DNA of 50,951 nucleotides from Octopus bimaculoides (Eukaryota): positions 14,149,335 through 14,200,285 of the forward strand of contig NC_069005.1 in assembly GCF_001194135.2 (NCBI RefSeq), given 5' to 3'. Positions 1 to 12,037 of the stretch are shown piece after piece. Every line of letters starts with the position of its first letter. The stretch's first letter is position 1. A program made the translations under genes and the position numbers. Under the pieces are notes generated by a model that saw only the letters and a list, made by a program, of their open reading frames with translations, was not told the DNA's origin and did no database searches.

Positions 1-74
1 TATATATGTATGTATATATATATATGTATGTATATATATATATATATATATGTATGTATATATATATATGTATG

Positions 75-106
<32 letters not shown>

Positions 107-107
107 T
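1..107. repeat. (TA)n/(TATG)n microsatellite
   Basis: Seen directly. Confidence 0.97.
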
Positions 108-662
108 TAGTTACAATATTTTTGAGCACTTGACATTCTCACAGGCCTGTCAAAAATTTAAAATTTCTTAAAAACTTGGGAAAATGAGACTCATTATCAT
201 TAATGACACACTGACCATTTTAACTATAAGATACATTTTTAGGAACAAATAAAAATACTTTGTTGGAGCATGCAAGAAGCCCACAAAAGAAAAGATAAGG
301 ACAGGCTAAAGCTGATTAAAATTTAAAAGTAATACTTATATTCCCCATCTTATTATTCACCTCCCATTCAGCATTGATGAGATTGTCAACTATCCTGATC
401 TTCCCTGGTGAGTTTTCATGCCAATCATGGTTTATTGAAACTTGAGGCTTACCTTTAGCTTATCTCTTCTTATAACCAAACCAATATGATAATCTCTTCT
501 AATAACCAATACTTATAAGTGCTACTTCTCCCTATTAGACTGCAATAATCCAGCATTTGCTTAAAAAGCCACATCCATAATAATCTTCAGGTGTCAGAGT
601 TGCAAAACCTGAAAGATTTACACATACCCTGCAACAATACAAAATAATTTACATATATTTTG

Positions 663-663
663 C

Positions 664-702
<39 letters not shown>
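663..702. repeat. (CAT)n microsatellite (SINE tail)
   Basis: Seen directly. Confidence 0.95.
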
Positions 703-1188
703 TTAACATCCACTTTCTGTGCTGGCATGAGTCGGATGGTTTAGTGGGGAACCAGCAAGCGGCAGGGCCACATCAAACTCCAATGTCATCTTCAGTATGA
801 TTTCTATGGCTGGGTGCCCTTCCTAAAGCCAACCACTTTACAGAATTTATGAAGTACAAGAGGAAATATATGGGAGGGGAAGGTGGAGGTAGGTGGTTTT
901 ATGCCAGGTGTATTATCTCTCAACAGAGTAAGAGTGTATTTGAGAGAGGAGGTGGTGGTTTTATACACAGTGCCAGCACTCCTTCTTTGAATACAACAAA
1001 ATTTATACAGCTGATAAATATTCTGAAACTAGTATTAAGCAGTACTGAACAAGTATTTCTCTAGGAAATCATTTCTGATTGTCATGAAATACAGGAATTA
1101 ACTTTAGTTTTTTTCATTCAAAATTTTGATGACAAAATATTGCCAATACTCAATGAACCTGTTGCATTTTGGGCATTCATTAGCTGAT

Positions 1189-1385
1189 TTAACAATTTAG
1201 CATTTAAACTGACCATATCCAGCCCAAATATTCTACCTGTTTTATGTTCAAAGTGACCAGATTCAGCCTCTCACACCTACCTTACAATGTCATTCTAAAA
1301 ATAAAAATAAAATTCAAAATTTTAAAGCTGTGAGATATTGCATGATTATTCAAAACAATGAGGATTAAGCATTTTACTAACTCCT
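1189..1385 (-). mobile_element. TTAA MITE family A copy (reverse, partial)
   Basis: Reverse-complement homology (TTAGCATTTAAACTGACCATATCCAGCCCAAATATTCTACCTG...CAATGTCATTCTAAAA). Confidence 0.7.
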
Positions 1386-4149
1386 TTGTGAGCAATGCAT
1401 AATATTGATTTTTAGAATATTTTCCACTGTAGAATGTATTTTTGGTGTAACAAACCATATAACCATGTGATGTGATTTCAATCCTATCTCTAGTTAAGAC
1501 CATTTCATCAGTTGAGAGATAATAGTTTTAAGGTTTGTTGAATAAAAAGAATAGAGCTCCAGTATCTATTCTAATTTCCTTTGAATATGTTGGATTTTGT
1601 CTGATTCTGCTGTTACTATGATGTATTACCATAGCTAGGTGTTTAATAAGTTTGTTTCATGACCAAATGGCTCTGGGTTCAATTACACAGTAAGGCATGT
1701 TGGATAAGTATCTTCTATCCATAGCTTCTGCCTTAACCATAACAGTAGCCCCCTCCTCCCAAAGCCTATTGAGTTAAGTAGACACTTCCTTGTTACTTTC
1801 ACCAACAGAAAAGGCAGCAAACCAGTGATTGACTGGAAAGCAATAACCAGCAACACAAAATGCGATATAAAATTTAAGAAACACAATCTTGTCATAAAAT
1901 TAATTGTTACATTCTTAATTGGGAGACAGCTTTGTGTTGAATTGCTGTGAATTCTTGACAGGCATTTCTTTTTTTTTCTTCTTTCTTTCTGGTGATGGTT
2001 ACATCGAAGTCATAAACCGTAATCTGTTATAAGCGTAGTTAATTTTCATTGTGAAATTTTAGAAGTATGTTTCCATATTATCAGCATTCAAGCCTATTGT
2101 GATTCATAATAGTAAGTCTTATAGCAGAACTTAACATGGTTTGTGGCAGTTTTGTGGGAAAAAAATATAAACTGCTTTACTGTTTAAATGTGGAATTCTG
2201 AGGCACTAAATTCTAGATAGTAGTAACTTGCCAAAATGTCAAAGCAACTTCAGACAGTTGCATTTCATTAAACTCTATTCATATTTTGTGATCTAAGTAA
2301 GGATAAGTACTATAATTTTTACTTATAGTTTGCATGACTTAGTTTCACAGCCCACATCCTAATATCATTCAATTCCTCTTCTGTGCAATATTGATTTCTT
2401 TCAAAGAAATTGATTAATATATCATTATTTGGTGATTATGAAAACTTTCCAAATAGAGCCATAGACAAATGATTTTTTTTCCCCTGCATTTGTTTTTTAA
2501 AATTTTTTATTTATTTTTTTTTCAAAGACACATATTGCCTGACAGATGAATTGAAATGAATTAAATTAATCTTTAGTTTGTTTAAACCAAGCATCGAGTT
2601 ATATTTATTTTGGAACAGCTCCAGTTGTTTGTTTTACTTTCTGTGTCTAGTCAAATAAAGTTGGTGGACTAGCAGTAAATGTTTGGGGACCTTACAGCGT
2701 AATGTAGCCTGTTCCTCTTCCCTTAATTTTATTTCTTTTCAGAATATGAATTTAAAAAGGAAAAAAAAAAAAAAAAAAAAAAAATCAATATTTTCAAGTC
2801 AAATTGATATATGAAATATTACAAGATACATTTTAATATTTGTATATATTAAGAGTGACTTAGTGAATGATATGTGGTGGCAGATATGAGAGAGTGTTGT
2901 GCTTGATGCAACCTGCAACCCTGTAGCTGACCAAGTCCTGTCAAACCATTCAGCCCATACCAGCATGGAAAATGCACATGATGATATTAGAGAATTACAA
3001 ACTACATGGAGATGTGTATTTATAGTAGATGTCCTCATGAGTAGTACAAGTTTTGTCAGTCTAACGTAGAAATAATATTTAGTTACCATATAGAATAGTA
3101 TTCTTGTAATATAACAGATTTCTAACAAATTTATTTTTATGAATATACTCAGAATTATGAAAAAAAAAGGTTAATGTATTTCTGAAAAATAATTATTAAG
3201 TCACCTTATTCCTGATCTTGTTTCATATTGCACAGTAGAAACCTTATTTATATTCTTTAGTATTCAAAATTTAGGGAACTGGCAATCATCATCACATTGA
3301 CTTTCCCATAGGTCAGATAAGAATCATTAAGGTAAAATTTTCTGTGACTGGAGGCTCTTCTTGTCGTTAACCTTTACTTGTTCCCAAGCAAGATAATAAT
3401 TCACCTTAATTGTTTCACAGAAGATTAAACAAACAACTCTACTTATATGATGGTGAAGCTTATTTACAATTTGCGTGTGATGTCAAAACAAGAACAGGCA
3501 CATCAACAATGGGCTTCTTTTGCAGCTTTTATCTATTAAATTCACTCACAAAGCCTTGATCAGCCCAGGGTTGTAAGTAGAAAACATTTGCTCAAAGTGC
3601 CGTACAGTGGGACTGAACCCCAAATAATGTGGTTGTGAACTATGCAGTCATGCCCATAGTGTTGAGCTTTATCATTTTGCCAAAATTTGAAACTTACCAT
3701 TCAAGTATCTTAATCAGGAAGCTATTTTTAAACTTTGACCATTTTAAGATTAAAAAAAAAAATTTTCCCCTCTCAATTGCAAGCCATTATTTTAAAAAAA
3801 AAAATTTTTTTTTTTTTTTAACTTATTCTAGTATTGTTTAATAAAAATGAGAAGATAAACTTTGTCAAATTTAAACTTAATATAACCAGATGCCAGACTA
3901 GATAAACTGGAGCAGGGTCCTCATTCAGTCTAATATTCTAGTCGTAACAATTTCAAAATCATTTCCTTGTTATAAAAGTAATTTGGTAGCAGCTGCTTAA
4001 CTTGGTATTGCCATGTTCTTTTATTCTTCTACTGATTACTGTGATTGGACAGTGACCAAGCTAGGGTCCTACCTTCAAGAGTTTAGTTGATCATATATAT
4101 GGAAAATAGAATTTAGCTTGCAGCTAAATATAATTTATATTACAGTATA

Positions 4150-4515
4150 GGCACAGGTCACAACTGTGTGATTGAGAAGCATGCTTCTCAACTACATGGT
4201 CCTAGGTTCAGTCCCACTGCACATCATTTTGGGCAAGTGTCTTCTACAAGAGCCTTGGGCCAACCAAAGCCATGTGGGTGGATTTGGTAGGCAGAAACTG
4301 AAAGAAGTCTATCATGTTTGTGTGTGTCTGCCCTTATCTGGGCGTGATGGTAGTAAATGAGCATCATCATACAAGTGATCACGGGGAAATATTAGCTTGC
4401 TCAGGAACAGGTGAGGGTTGGCAACAGGAAGGGCATCTAACTGTAGAAAATTTGCCTCCATAAATTCAATCCAACCCAGACAAGCACAGAAAAGTGGTCA
4501 CTGAATGATGATGAC
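4150..4515 (+). mobile_element. SINE family 1 copy
   Basis: Same tRNA-like head (GGTTCAGTCCCACTG; GGATTTGGTAG.CAGAAACTGAAAGAAG); alternative tail GGTTGGCAACAGGAAGGGCATC. Confidence 0.8.
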
Positions 4516-5400
4516 TTAAGAGTGGCATATCAGATACTTTACTGGTTCAGGACAAATTAGAAACATTAAACAAGGTGAAAGATGACCCCAATTCCTTCTT
4601 AGATATGCTATCACACTATCACTCCAATTTGTCTCGCTCTTACAGTCTCTGTCTATTTCCTCACAACTCTAAGGAGTTCACTATAATTTCAATGAAAATA
4701 AGCTGCTTTAGTTCACTTGGAGAAGAATTTAATCAGTTTCTTCAGATGGTAATTTTTCTTAGAGATCAACACTCCTGCAACTTTTTGAACCACAAGGAGA
4801 TCTTGGGATTTCTTCATATAGGACTTTTCTGTCTTTCTTTTACTCGCATAACAGGATTTGACCTTGGCACAGTATGCTAACAAAATAGATGCTAATATAA
4901 TACTCCAGTTTTTAGCTACAATAAACTGTATCATTTGATCATTCTTAGGCCTTGTGTATTTGTGGTTTAGTGTTACTGTTTCCAATGGCAGAATATAAGA
5001 TGTAGGCTTTTTTGGGTCCTTTTCTTAGTTATTGTTTAGCCTCAAGTCAACCCTAATTAAACAGATCAAGAGTCAAAGGCATTTTAACCATATCCTGTCT
5101 CTATAGAGATATGTAAGACTACATATAGTGTAGCCCTACATGCCTCTAATGAGGCAGTAGGCAATTTGAATATCTTGTTGCCATTTCTAGTAGGTCCACA
5201 TCATGACCACATGGAGGCTCCCATATCTTAAGGTTTTTGTGAGTAGTAAATATTTCTCTAGACAATGCTATTATGGGTTGATTAGTCAAAATAGTTATCA
5301 TTTAGTTATTGGTTCAGCAATTACTCTGTCTATATAGAATTAAGCACCTGCATGCTTCTATTATTGCAAAATAGCAGCCTGTAAATTCTAACTTGTTCAG

Positions 5401-5532
5401 TTAGGATTGTTAAATGCCTTCTGTTCATTGACCATAACCGCACTAAGTTACTTTAACATGGAATTCTTCCAAATTAAAAGCTTATGTGATTGTCTGGTTT
5501 TGGAATCATCTTTCAACCTTATATTATATGCA
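5401..5532 (+). CDS. Candidate 132-nt phase-0 internal exon (unknown hydrophobic peptide)
   Basis: Acceptor TTCTAACTTGTTCAG, donor GCA|GTAAGT, 44 open codons (LGLLNAFCSLTITALSYFNMEFFQIKSLCDCLVLESSFNLILYA) in non-repetitive DNA. No homology recognised. Confidence 0.2.
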
Positions 5533-5633
5533 GTAAGTTTTATCAATAAATATTCACAAACCTTTTGAATATTTTGTATTACTTCTGCAACATTGTTTCA
5601 GGTTTTTTTTGTTTTTTTTAAACCCTGAAATGT

Positions 5634-6040
5634 CATCATCATTGTTTTAACATCTACTTTCCCTTGCTTGCATGCATCAGATGGAATTTGTTGAGGCAGA
5701 TTTTCTATGGCCGAGTGCCCTTCCTGTCACCGACTCTCACCTGTTTCCAAGCAAGGTAATATTTCCCATAGTCAGACATGTTTCCACAGAATATATTGGA
5801 AATTAATGACACTGCTTGTATGACAGTGATACTCATTTACAACCATCATGTAATGTCAAAACAAGGAAGCACACATACACATAATGAGCTTCTTTCAGTT
5901 TCTGTCCACCAAATCCATTTCACAATGTTTTGGTTGGTCTAGGGCTATAGTAGAAGATAGTTGCTTGAGGTGCCACATAGTGGGACTGAACCCGAAACAA
6001 TGTGGTTGGGAAGTAACCTTTTTACCACACAGCCACATAC
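5634..6040 (-). mobile_element. SINE family 1 copy
   Basis: Reverse-complement of head and tail (CTTCTTTCAGTTTCTGTCCACCAAATCCA; GTGGGACTGAACCC). Confidence 0.8.
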
Positions 6041-6700
6041 AAATAGATGCCTGCATTTAACCATATTATCTTTCCCGGTGTACATTTATTTTCTGTGGTT
6101 GTATATTATATGACATTGCATTTAGGGACACTTCTATAAAGTGGTTTCTTCTTGCTTTCTCTAAGTAAATTTGATGTTTTAAATTTCTAGAAGGAAAATT
6201 AATGCTTCAAAGCTCCCACAATTTCCAACTAACTCAGCAACATAAATGAGTTAGATTATATAACATCACTCACATTAAACTACTGGTAGTATCCATCTGG
6301 TCTTGAAGATTTAAGAGTATTACTGTAAGCTGATAAAACATTGATTACCTACCTTGGTTTCTCAATTACAATTATTTGAACTGATCCAAGAACACTGCAT
6401 GATATTGGTGATGACATGAATAGTTTCCCCACCCATCCACCTCCTATGTTTCTAGAAAGTCACCTGGATATCATTCACAGAAAAATCTATTGCTTGTTCC
6501 TAAACAGAACTGTACAAGGTGTCCTGTTCAAAGACACCATGAAATTCTTAGTAAACCATTACTTGCTTATACCAAAATTATATCCATTCAGAAGTCTTTT
6601 GGCTCTGTTCATCTCATACTGTTGTGCCCTCTTTGCAAACATATAGATTCAATCTACTTTTATGGGCTAGTGTGTGTGTGTGTGTGAGAGAGAGAGATAG

Positions 6701-7040
6701 ATCATCATCATTATTGATTTAATGTCCACTTTTCCATACTTGCATGCATCAGACAGAGTTTATTGAGGTAGATTTTTCTATGGCTAGATATTGCCAACCT
6801 TTACCTGGCCAGACATGTTTTTGCAGAATATTGAAAATGAATGACATTCATTTATAACAATCACATGTCCTCAGGACACACACACACACATGATGGGCCT
6901 CATCCAGTTTTTCTTTACCAAATCCACTCACAAATGGATTCAGCCTGAGGCCTTCATAGAAGACACTTGCCCAAGGTATATGCACTTGAAACTAGATGGT
7001 TGGGAAGCAAATTTCTTAACCATACTGTCATACCAGCTCC
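6701..7040 (-). mobile_element. SINE family 1 copy
   Basis: Reverse-complement homology to family 1. Confidence 0.75.
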
Positions 7041-7769
7041 TCTGTGTGTGTGTGTACATATAACCTATAGTTCCATTGGAATTTTTCAGATACGCTTACT
7101 CAATCAGTAAATCTATATTAGAATTGATTGATTGTTCTTCCTTCAAGTTTAGTTCCCGGTCAGGCCAGTGATAAGACATTCCAGTTATGACCCTCTTGTT
7201 TTTTTATCTTTTTTTTGGTGAGGTGGAGAGAGTACCTATAACTATATTATCTTATGTGGCTTTCCATTTATTGGGGTATGACTTGAATGTTGTTATTTTT
7301 AGCAGGTCAATTGGATATGTAAACTCTCTTTACCTGAGTTATTCCCCCAGCAAATACTGCACATTTGGTTTTAAAACTCTCTTGCACTTAATATTAGTTA
7401 ACTATCTTGTCCGAGTTATGGTACATATCTCTCTCTCTCTCTCTCATTAAATACATCATTGCACCACGCGTTTGATCCTTTTGTGACTGATTTTCCATAT
7501 TTCTTTATTTAAGTTCCTTAGTTTCAAACCCTCACTCTCAGCAGCTAAATGAAACAAAAATAGTGTTGGCATTGTTGTGCGTGCACTTTCGCAGTAGGTT
7601 GCAAAGGATCATGGGAATATCTGATAAACTTATCAACAGTTAACTCCTGCTAGATTTTATGGCTTATTTGAAGTGTGGCTGAGTTTTGGCTTGTATTTTG
7701 CTACTAATAAAAACTTCCCCCAGATACTATATAAAGTGATAGTGTTATCAGCCAACATTTTTCTAATTC

Positions 7770-8040
7770 TTCCATCATCATTGTTTTATTGTCCACTTTT
7801 CTCTGCTTGCATGAGGTAAATGGAATTTGTTGAAGCATATTTCGTGCAACCAAATACACTTCCAGTGAATAATCCTCATCTACTTCCAAGTAAGGTAATA
7901 TTACCCCATCACCAGGCACGCCCCAGAAGATTGGAAATAAAGGGCACCACTTGCATGACGTGATGTCCGCATACAGCCATCATGCAATGCCAAGGCAAGG
8001 AGACCAATATGCATGCGTGTGTGTGCACACACACACACAC
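7770..8040 (-). mobile_element. SINE family 1 tail fragment
   Basis: TGTCCACTTTTCTCTGCTTGCATG...CAAGTAAGGTAATATT...CAAGGCAAGGAGAC. Confidence 0.65.
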
Positions 8041-8099
8041 ACATTTAGAAACTTTGAGAGAACTTGAAATAATTCACTTTTGGAACTCTTACTGAACAG

Positions 8100-8490
8100 T
8101 CATGCTTGCATGGCTGTGTGGTAAGAAGCTTGCTTCCCAATCACATGGTTCGTGGTTCAGTCCCAGTGCCTGTCATGTTGGCCAGTGTCTTCTGATATAG
8201 CCCCAGACCAACCAAAGCCTTGTGAGTGGATTTGGTAGAGAGAAACTGAAGGAAGTTGCATTGTGTGTGTGTGTGGCTTTATGTTTGTGTTTGTTCCTAC
8301 CACTACTTTATAACCAGTGTTGGTTTGTTTACACCTCCATAACTAAACAGTTAAGCAAAAGGCATCTAATAGAATAAGTATCAGGCCATAAAAAATATAT
8401 GTACTGGGGCTAATTTGTTTGACTAAGCCCTTCAGAGCAGTGCCCCAGTATGACCACAGCCTAGTGACTGAAACAAATAAAAGACAATAT
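8100..8490 (+). mobile_element. SINE family 1 copy
   Basis: GGCTGTGTGGTAAGAAGCTTGCTTCCCAATCACATGG...GACTGAAACAAATAAAAG. Confidence 0.82.
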
Positions 8491-8499
8491 ATGGATATG

Positions 8500-8622
8500 A
8501 TGGGCTTCTTTCAGTATCTGTTTATCAAATCCACTCACAAGGCTTTGGTCAGTCAGAGGCCATAATAGAAGACACTTACCCAAGATGCCACATAGTAGGA
8601 CTGAACCGAAACCATGCCTGCA
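8500..8622 (-). mobile_element. SINE family 1 head, inverted and adjacent to the 8100-8490 copy
   Basis: GGGCTTCTTTCAGT...CAAATCCACTCACAAGGCTTTGGTC...GGACTGAACCGAAACCATG. Confidence 0.78.
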
Positions 8623-9149
8623 CCTATATGTTTCAAAGGCCCTTTGTTGTAAATGCAGAGTTGTCTGATGTAACAGTTTGAGTCAGGAAGTTTACAGCTT
8701 CCATGTTTACATTGAAATTTGTATATTTCATTGGTTTGTCTGAAATACATCCTGTGATTTGGAAGTTTGTGGTTTCATGTTAAGGTTTTTATCATTCTGG
8801 TGTTTTGTGTTTTTGTAATATGTTCTTTAAGTTTGTGGTTTAGGTTGATACATGTTCTGTTTTTTTCCTTTTTTCTTGTAAATTATATATTCTTCCATTT
8901 CTATAACTGGGTGCAGCTGTTGTAGAGATGTGGGTGAATTTGTTCTTGTATTGTTCCATAGCTTGGTCTATTAGTCTACTGTTTGTTCAACTCATGAGAT
9001 TTCCTTATTCAAACTTCTTCAGTGAATGAAGAATTAAAAAACCAAGAAGCAGTTTGGATAAAGATATTATTATGTCTCCATGGAGACACTATCTGTGTGC
9101 ATGCACAAGCATTTGTTTGTGTGTTTTTTATATAATTATTTTGTTTTTG

Positions 9150-9455
9150 TTGTTTTGCTGTGTGGTTAAGGTGGTCACTTTGCAACTATGTGGTTCCAAG
9201 TTCAATCCCATTGCATGACACCTTGGACAAGTGTCTTCTACTAGAGCCTTTGGTTGACTAATGCCTTGTGAGTGAAATTGGTGAGTAGAGACTGTGGAAG
9301 CTGTTGTATATGTGTGCAATTTTGTTCCCCATCATCTGAGAACTGTTGTTGGTTTATTTACCCCATAATCCGGCAGCGCAGCTAAAAGAGACCAGTAGAA
9401 TAAGTACTAAACTTTAAAAGAAAACAGCAATGGGATCAATTTGTTCAACTAAACC
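9150..9455 (+). mobile_element. SINE family 1 copy
   Basis: Head and body homology to family 1. Confidence 0.72.
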
Positions 9456-9660
9456 CTTTAACATTTGCATTATTCTGTCAATAGTAATGCTTATTTATTC
9501 ACATTGTTTTGAATTTATCATGCATTACATTGTAGCTTTGGGATGTCGATGATGTGGTAGTTTATCTTAAGAATGACATTGCTGGGTAGCTGTGAGAGGC
9601 AACACTTGGCCAGTTAGAACATAGAATGTATTTTGGCCGGATAAGGCCGGGTCAAGGCCT
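9455..9660 (+). mobile_element. TTAA MITE family A copy (3' truncated)
   Basis: Internal homology (ATGCTTATTTATTCACATTGTTTTGAATT...AGAATGACATTG). Confidence 0.7.
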
Positions 9661-10285
9661 GGCTGCAGTCCAATGATTGAAACAAGTAAAAGAAAAGAGA
9701 TACACTTGGTGCTCTTTGTGTTGTTCCCTATTCCTACACATGTCCCAGAATGGTGTGGTATGCTTTGAATTTATGCCAGAGCTATGTTGGGTTGTAAATT
9801 TAAGCATGAAATTATTTTCAAAATCATGTTTTAAGTGTATCAATCTGTTCATCCTTATCTGACTCAATAAACATGTCATCAACTTGTCTGGTATTAATAA
9901 TGTGGCTATCTTTTATCCTTTTTTCTTTTACTTGTTTCAGTTATTTGACTGCAACCAAGATGGGACACCACCATGAAATTTTAGTTGAATGTATCAACCC
10001 CAGTACATTTTTTTTAAAGCCTGGTACTTACTGTATTGGTCTCTTTTGCCAAACAGCTAAGTTACAGGTATATAAACACACCAAACCAGTTGTCAGTGTC
10101 CCAGCATGGCTGCAGTCCAATGACTGAAATAAGTAAAAGAGAAAAAATGTTAGCAATACAGAATGACATGAATGTGCACTTCCTTCCAGTGGAGAAGTCT
10201 TAACCACCCTGTTTATTGTGGTGTGTAAATAGCATTAAGAACAGTAGTAAACGGGGACCTCACTTATGCAGACTAAAAGAAACTT

Positions 10286-10519
10286 TAACCTTTTGGCATG
10301 CAGATTACTCTGTCAAATGTAATACTTATTCATTCACATTGTTTTGTATTTATCATGTATTCTCTCATAGCTTCGAGGTTTTGATGATGTGACTGTTTAT
10401 TTTTAGAATGTCATTGTAGGGTAGGCGTAAGAGGCTGAATCTAGGGATCTGAACAGTTTGAAGATAAAACAGGTAAAATATTTGGGTTGGATATGGCTGG
10501 ATTAAATGCTAAAGGGTTA
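10286..10519 (+). mobile_element. TTAA MITE family A copy
   Basis: TTAACCTTTTGGCATGCAGATTACTC...AATGCTAAAGGGTTA. Confidence 0.8.
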
Positions 10520-10986
10520 TGGCCATTTTTTTTATATATTCATTAGTTTTATTATTATAGGATACTAGCAAATCTACCCATCTATGAGGGAGGCAGGTCA
10601 TAACAGCAGTATGTATTGAGAAATGTGTAAATGGACTTGATAGATTATGGGGTGATGTCTTAGAGAAATCACTTTACTGTTGGTGATACAGCATTCTATT
10701 GCTGTTATATGACATGTTTGCGACTAATTGATATGTGATGAATATTCACTCCCAAACTGAAATAGGCTACCAGCCTCTGTATCATGAATGGTTATGTGGA
10801 CCACTCCTAATGAAAACAAGAGCTTCCTTCGACCGCTACATGAAAAGTATTAAGAAAAAATGTAGATATACTTTTATTTTAGTTGTTTACACTATTTTAT
10901 GCTTGTTTGTATTCTGATACATTCAAAGTTCACAAATTTCTTTATTTAAATTATGAGTCATATTCCTTTTGATAATATCAATGTGA

Positions 10987-11340
10987 TTACAAAACTTCTT
11001 TGTAGATGATATTTTCTGTTTGGTTGACACTAATTTTCAAATTACTGGAATCTTGCTCTACTCATAGTGACATATAACTGGCCATGTGTAAACATCGGAG
11101 TGGGTAAAAATACACCAACACAATCTAATGTCTGGCCCTGTACCTTTTTGCTGTGAATGTGGGAGAGGAATCTTTAGGGTTGCAATAAATCAAACTAAAA
11201 CTTCCCTCTCACAGTTCTATGCAAATAATGTCTGGATGTTCTGGTACCATGGGTTATTTTGATTGACAAAACTGAGATGTAAACAACAGTTACTTTGATT
11301 AGCAATTTCGAATCCTGCTCAAGACTGACACACTTCAGTA
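10987..11340 (-). pseudogene. Helitron RepHel helicase C-terminal fragment
   Basis: Motifs QGQTLDCVGVFLP, FTHGQLYV.MSR and the terminal TENIIYKEVL-TAA (stop at 10987-10989). Confidence 0.88.
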
Positions 11341-11387
11341 ACCACTATATACTGACACACTTCAGTAACCACTATATACTGACACAC
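11324..11387 (+). repeat. Perfect 27-bp tandem repeat (~2.4 copies)
   Basis: ACTGACACACTTCAGTAACCACTATAT starts at 11324 and 11351, with a partial copy at 11378. Confidence 0.95.
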
Positions 11388-11704
11388 ATGTCTTCCACTT
11401 TATTTTCGCTATTAACTGTCATCGCAACCCCCTTCGTATCTACAATGGGGCCACAAACTATACAATGAAAATCCAGAGTTGCTCATGGTTGATTAATTTT
11501 TAATAAAAATGCGAAGGTGGTTTATCAATTCAAAAATTGATATCCACGAAATAATCATACTTTCTGATTTTCTAATGTTAAAAACCATCCTGATGACTGT
11601 CTTTGTAATCACAAAAAATATTGTACCATTGGTCCAGCTGTCTGGCCGTGAAGTGGGAACAGATAGAGACGGACAAATGGGCATAATGCCCATTATAGTA
11701 AGAT

Positions 11705-12037
11705 AGCAAATCTGCCCATCGTAGATGGGCAATAATGGGATAGTATTGCAAATCTAAACCCTCTAAATTCACAGACTATATGGAGTGGGGAAATCCAGAG
11801 TTAACCCTCATCGCCAGAATTTTAACAAAAACAAAAAAATAAAGGATGATTTATAAATACAAAACTCAATATCCACTAAATAATCATACTTTTTCACTTT
11901 TGGTTTTTTTTTTTTGCTAAAAACCTTCCTGATTACCTCCCTTGTAATCCTAAAAAACATTGTGACCACTGGTCCAGCTGTTTGACCATGACGAAGGAAT
12001 AGACAACCAGATGGACATAACACCCATTAGAGTAAGA
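11705..12037 (-). mobile_element. Short non-autonomous Helitron (~330 bp)
   Basis: 5' A|TC at 12037. Perfect 8-bp hairpin TGCCCATC-GTA-GATGGGCA at 11713-11731, a few nt before the CTA(G) end. Its 5' ~200 bp are homologous to 11500-11703. Confidence 0.8.

Larger units (their letters stand above)
10565..11703 (-). mobile_element. Helitron deletion derivative with PIF1-like helicase C-terminus
   Basis: On the minus strand it begins TC at 11703 and ends CTAG at 10565, followed by T. The internal 10987-11340 translates (with frameshifts) KVQGQTLDCVGVFLPTPMFTHGQLYVTMSRA...TENIIYKEVL*, the canonical RepHel C-terminus. Confidence 0.85.

Noticed and set aside
4150-4230. tRNA-like A/B boxes in the many SINE heads
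   Set aside because: They do not fold into complete cloverleafs and continue into SINE bodies, so they are not tRNA genes.
4560-4990. Overlapping 90-101 aa ORFs, possible retroelement relic
   Set aside because: No clear RT, integrase or endonuclease motif.
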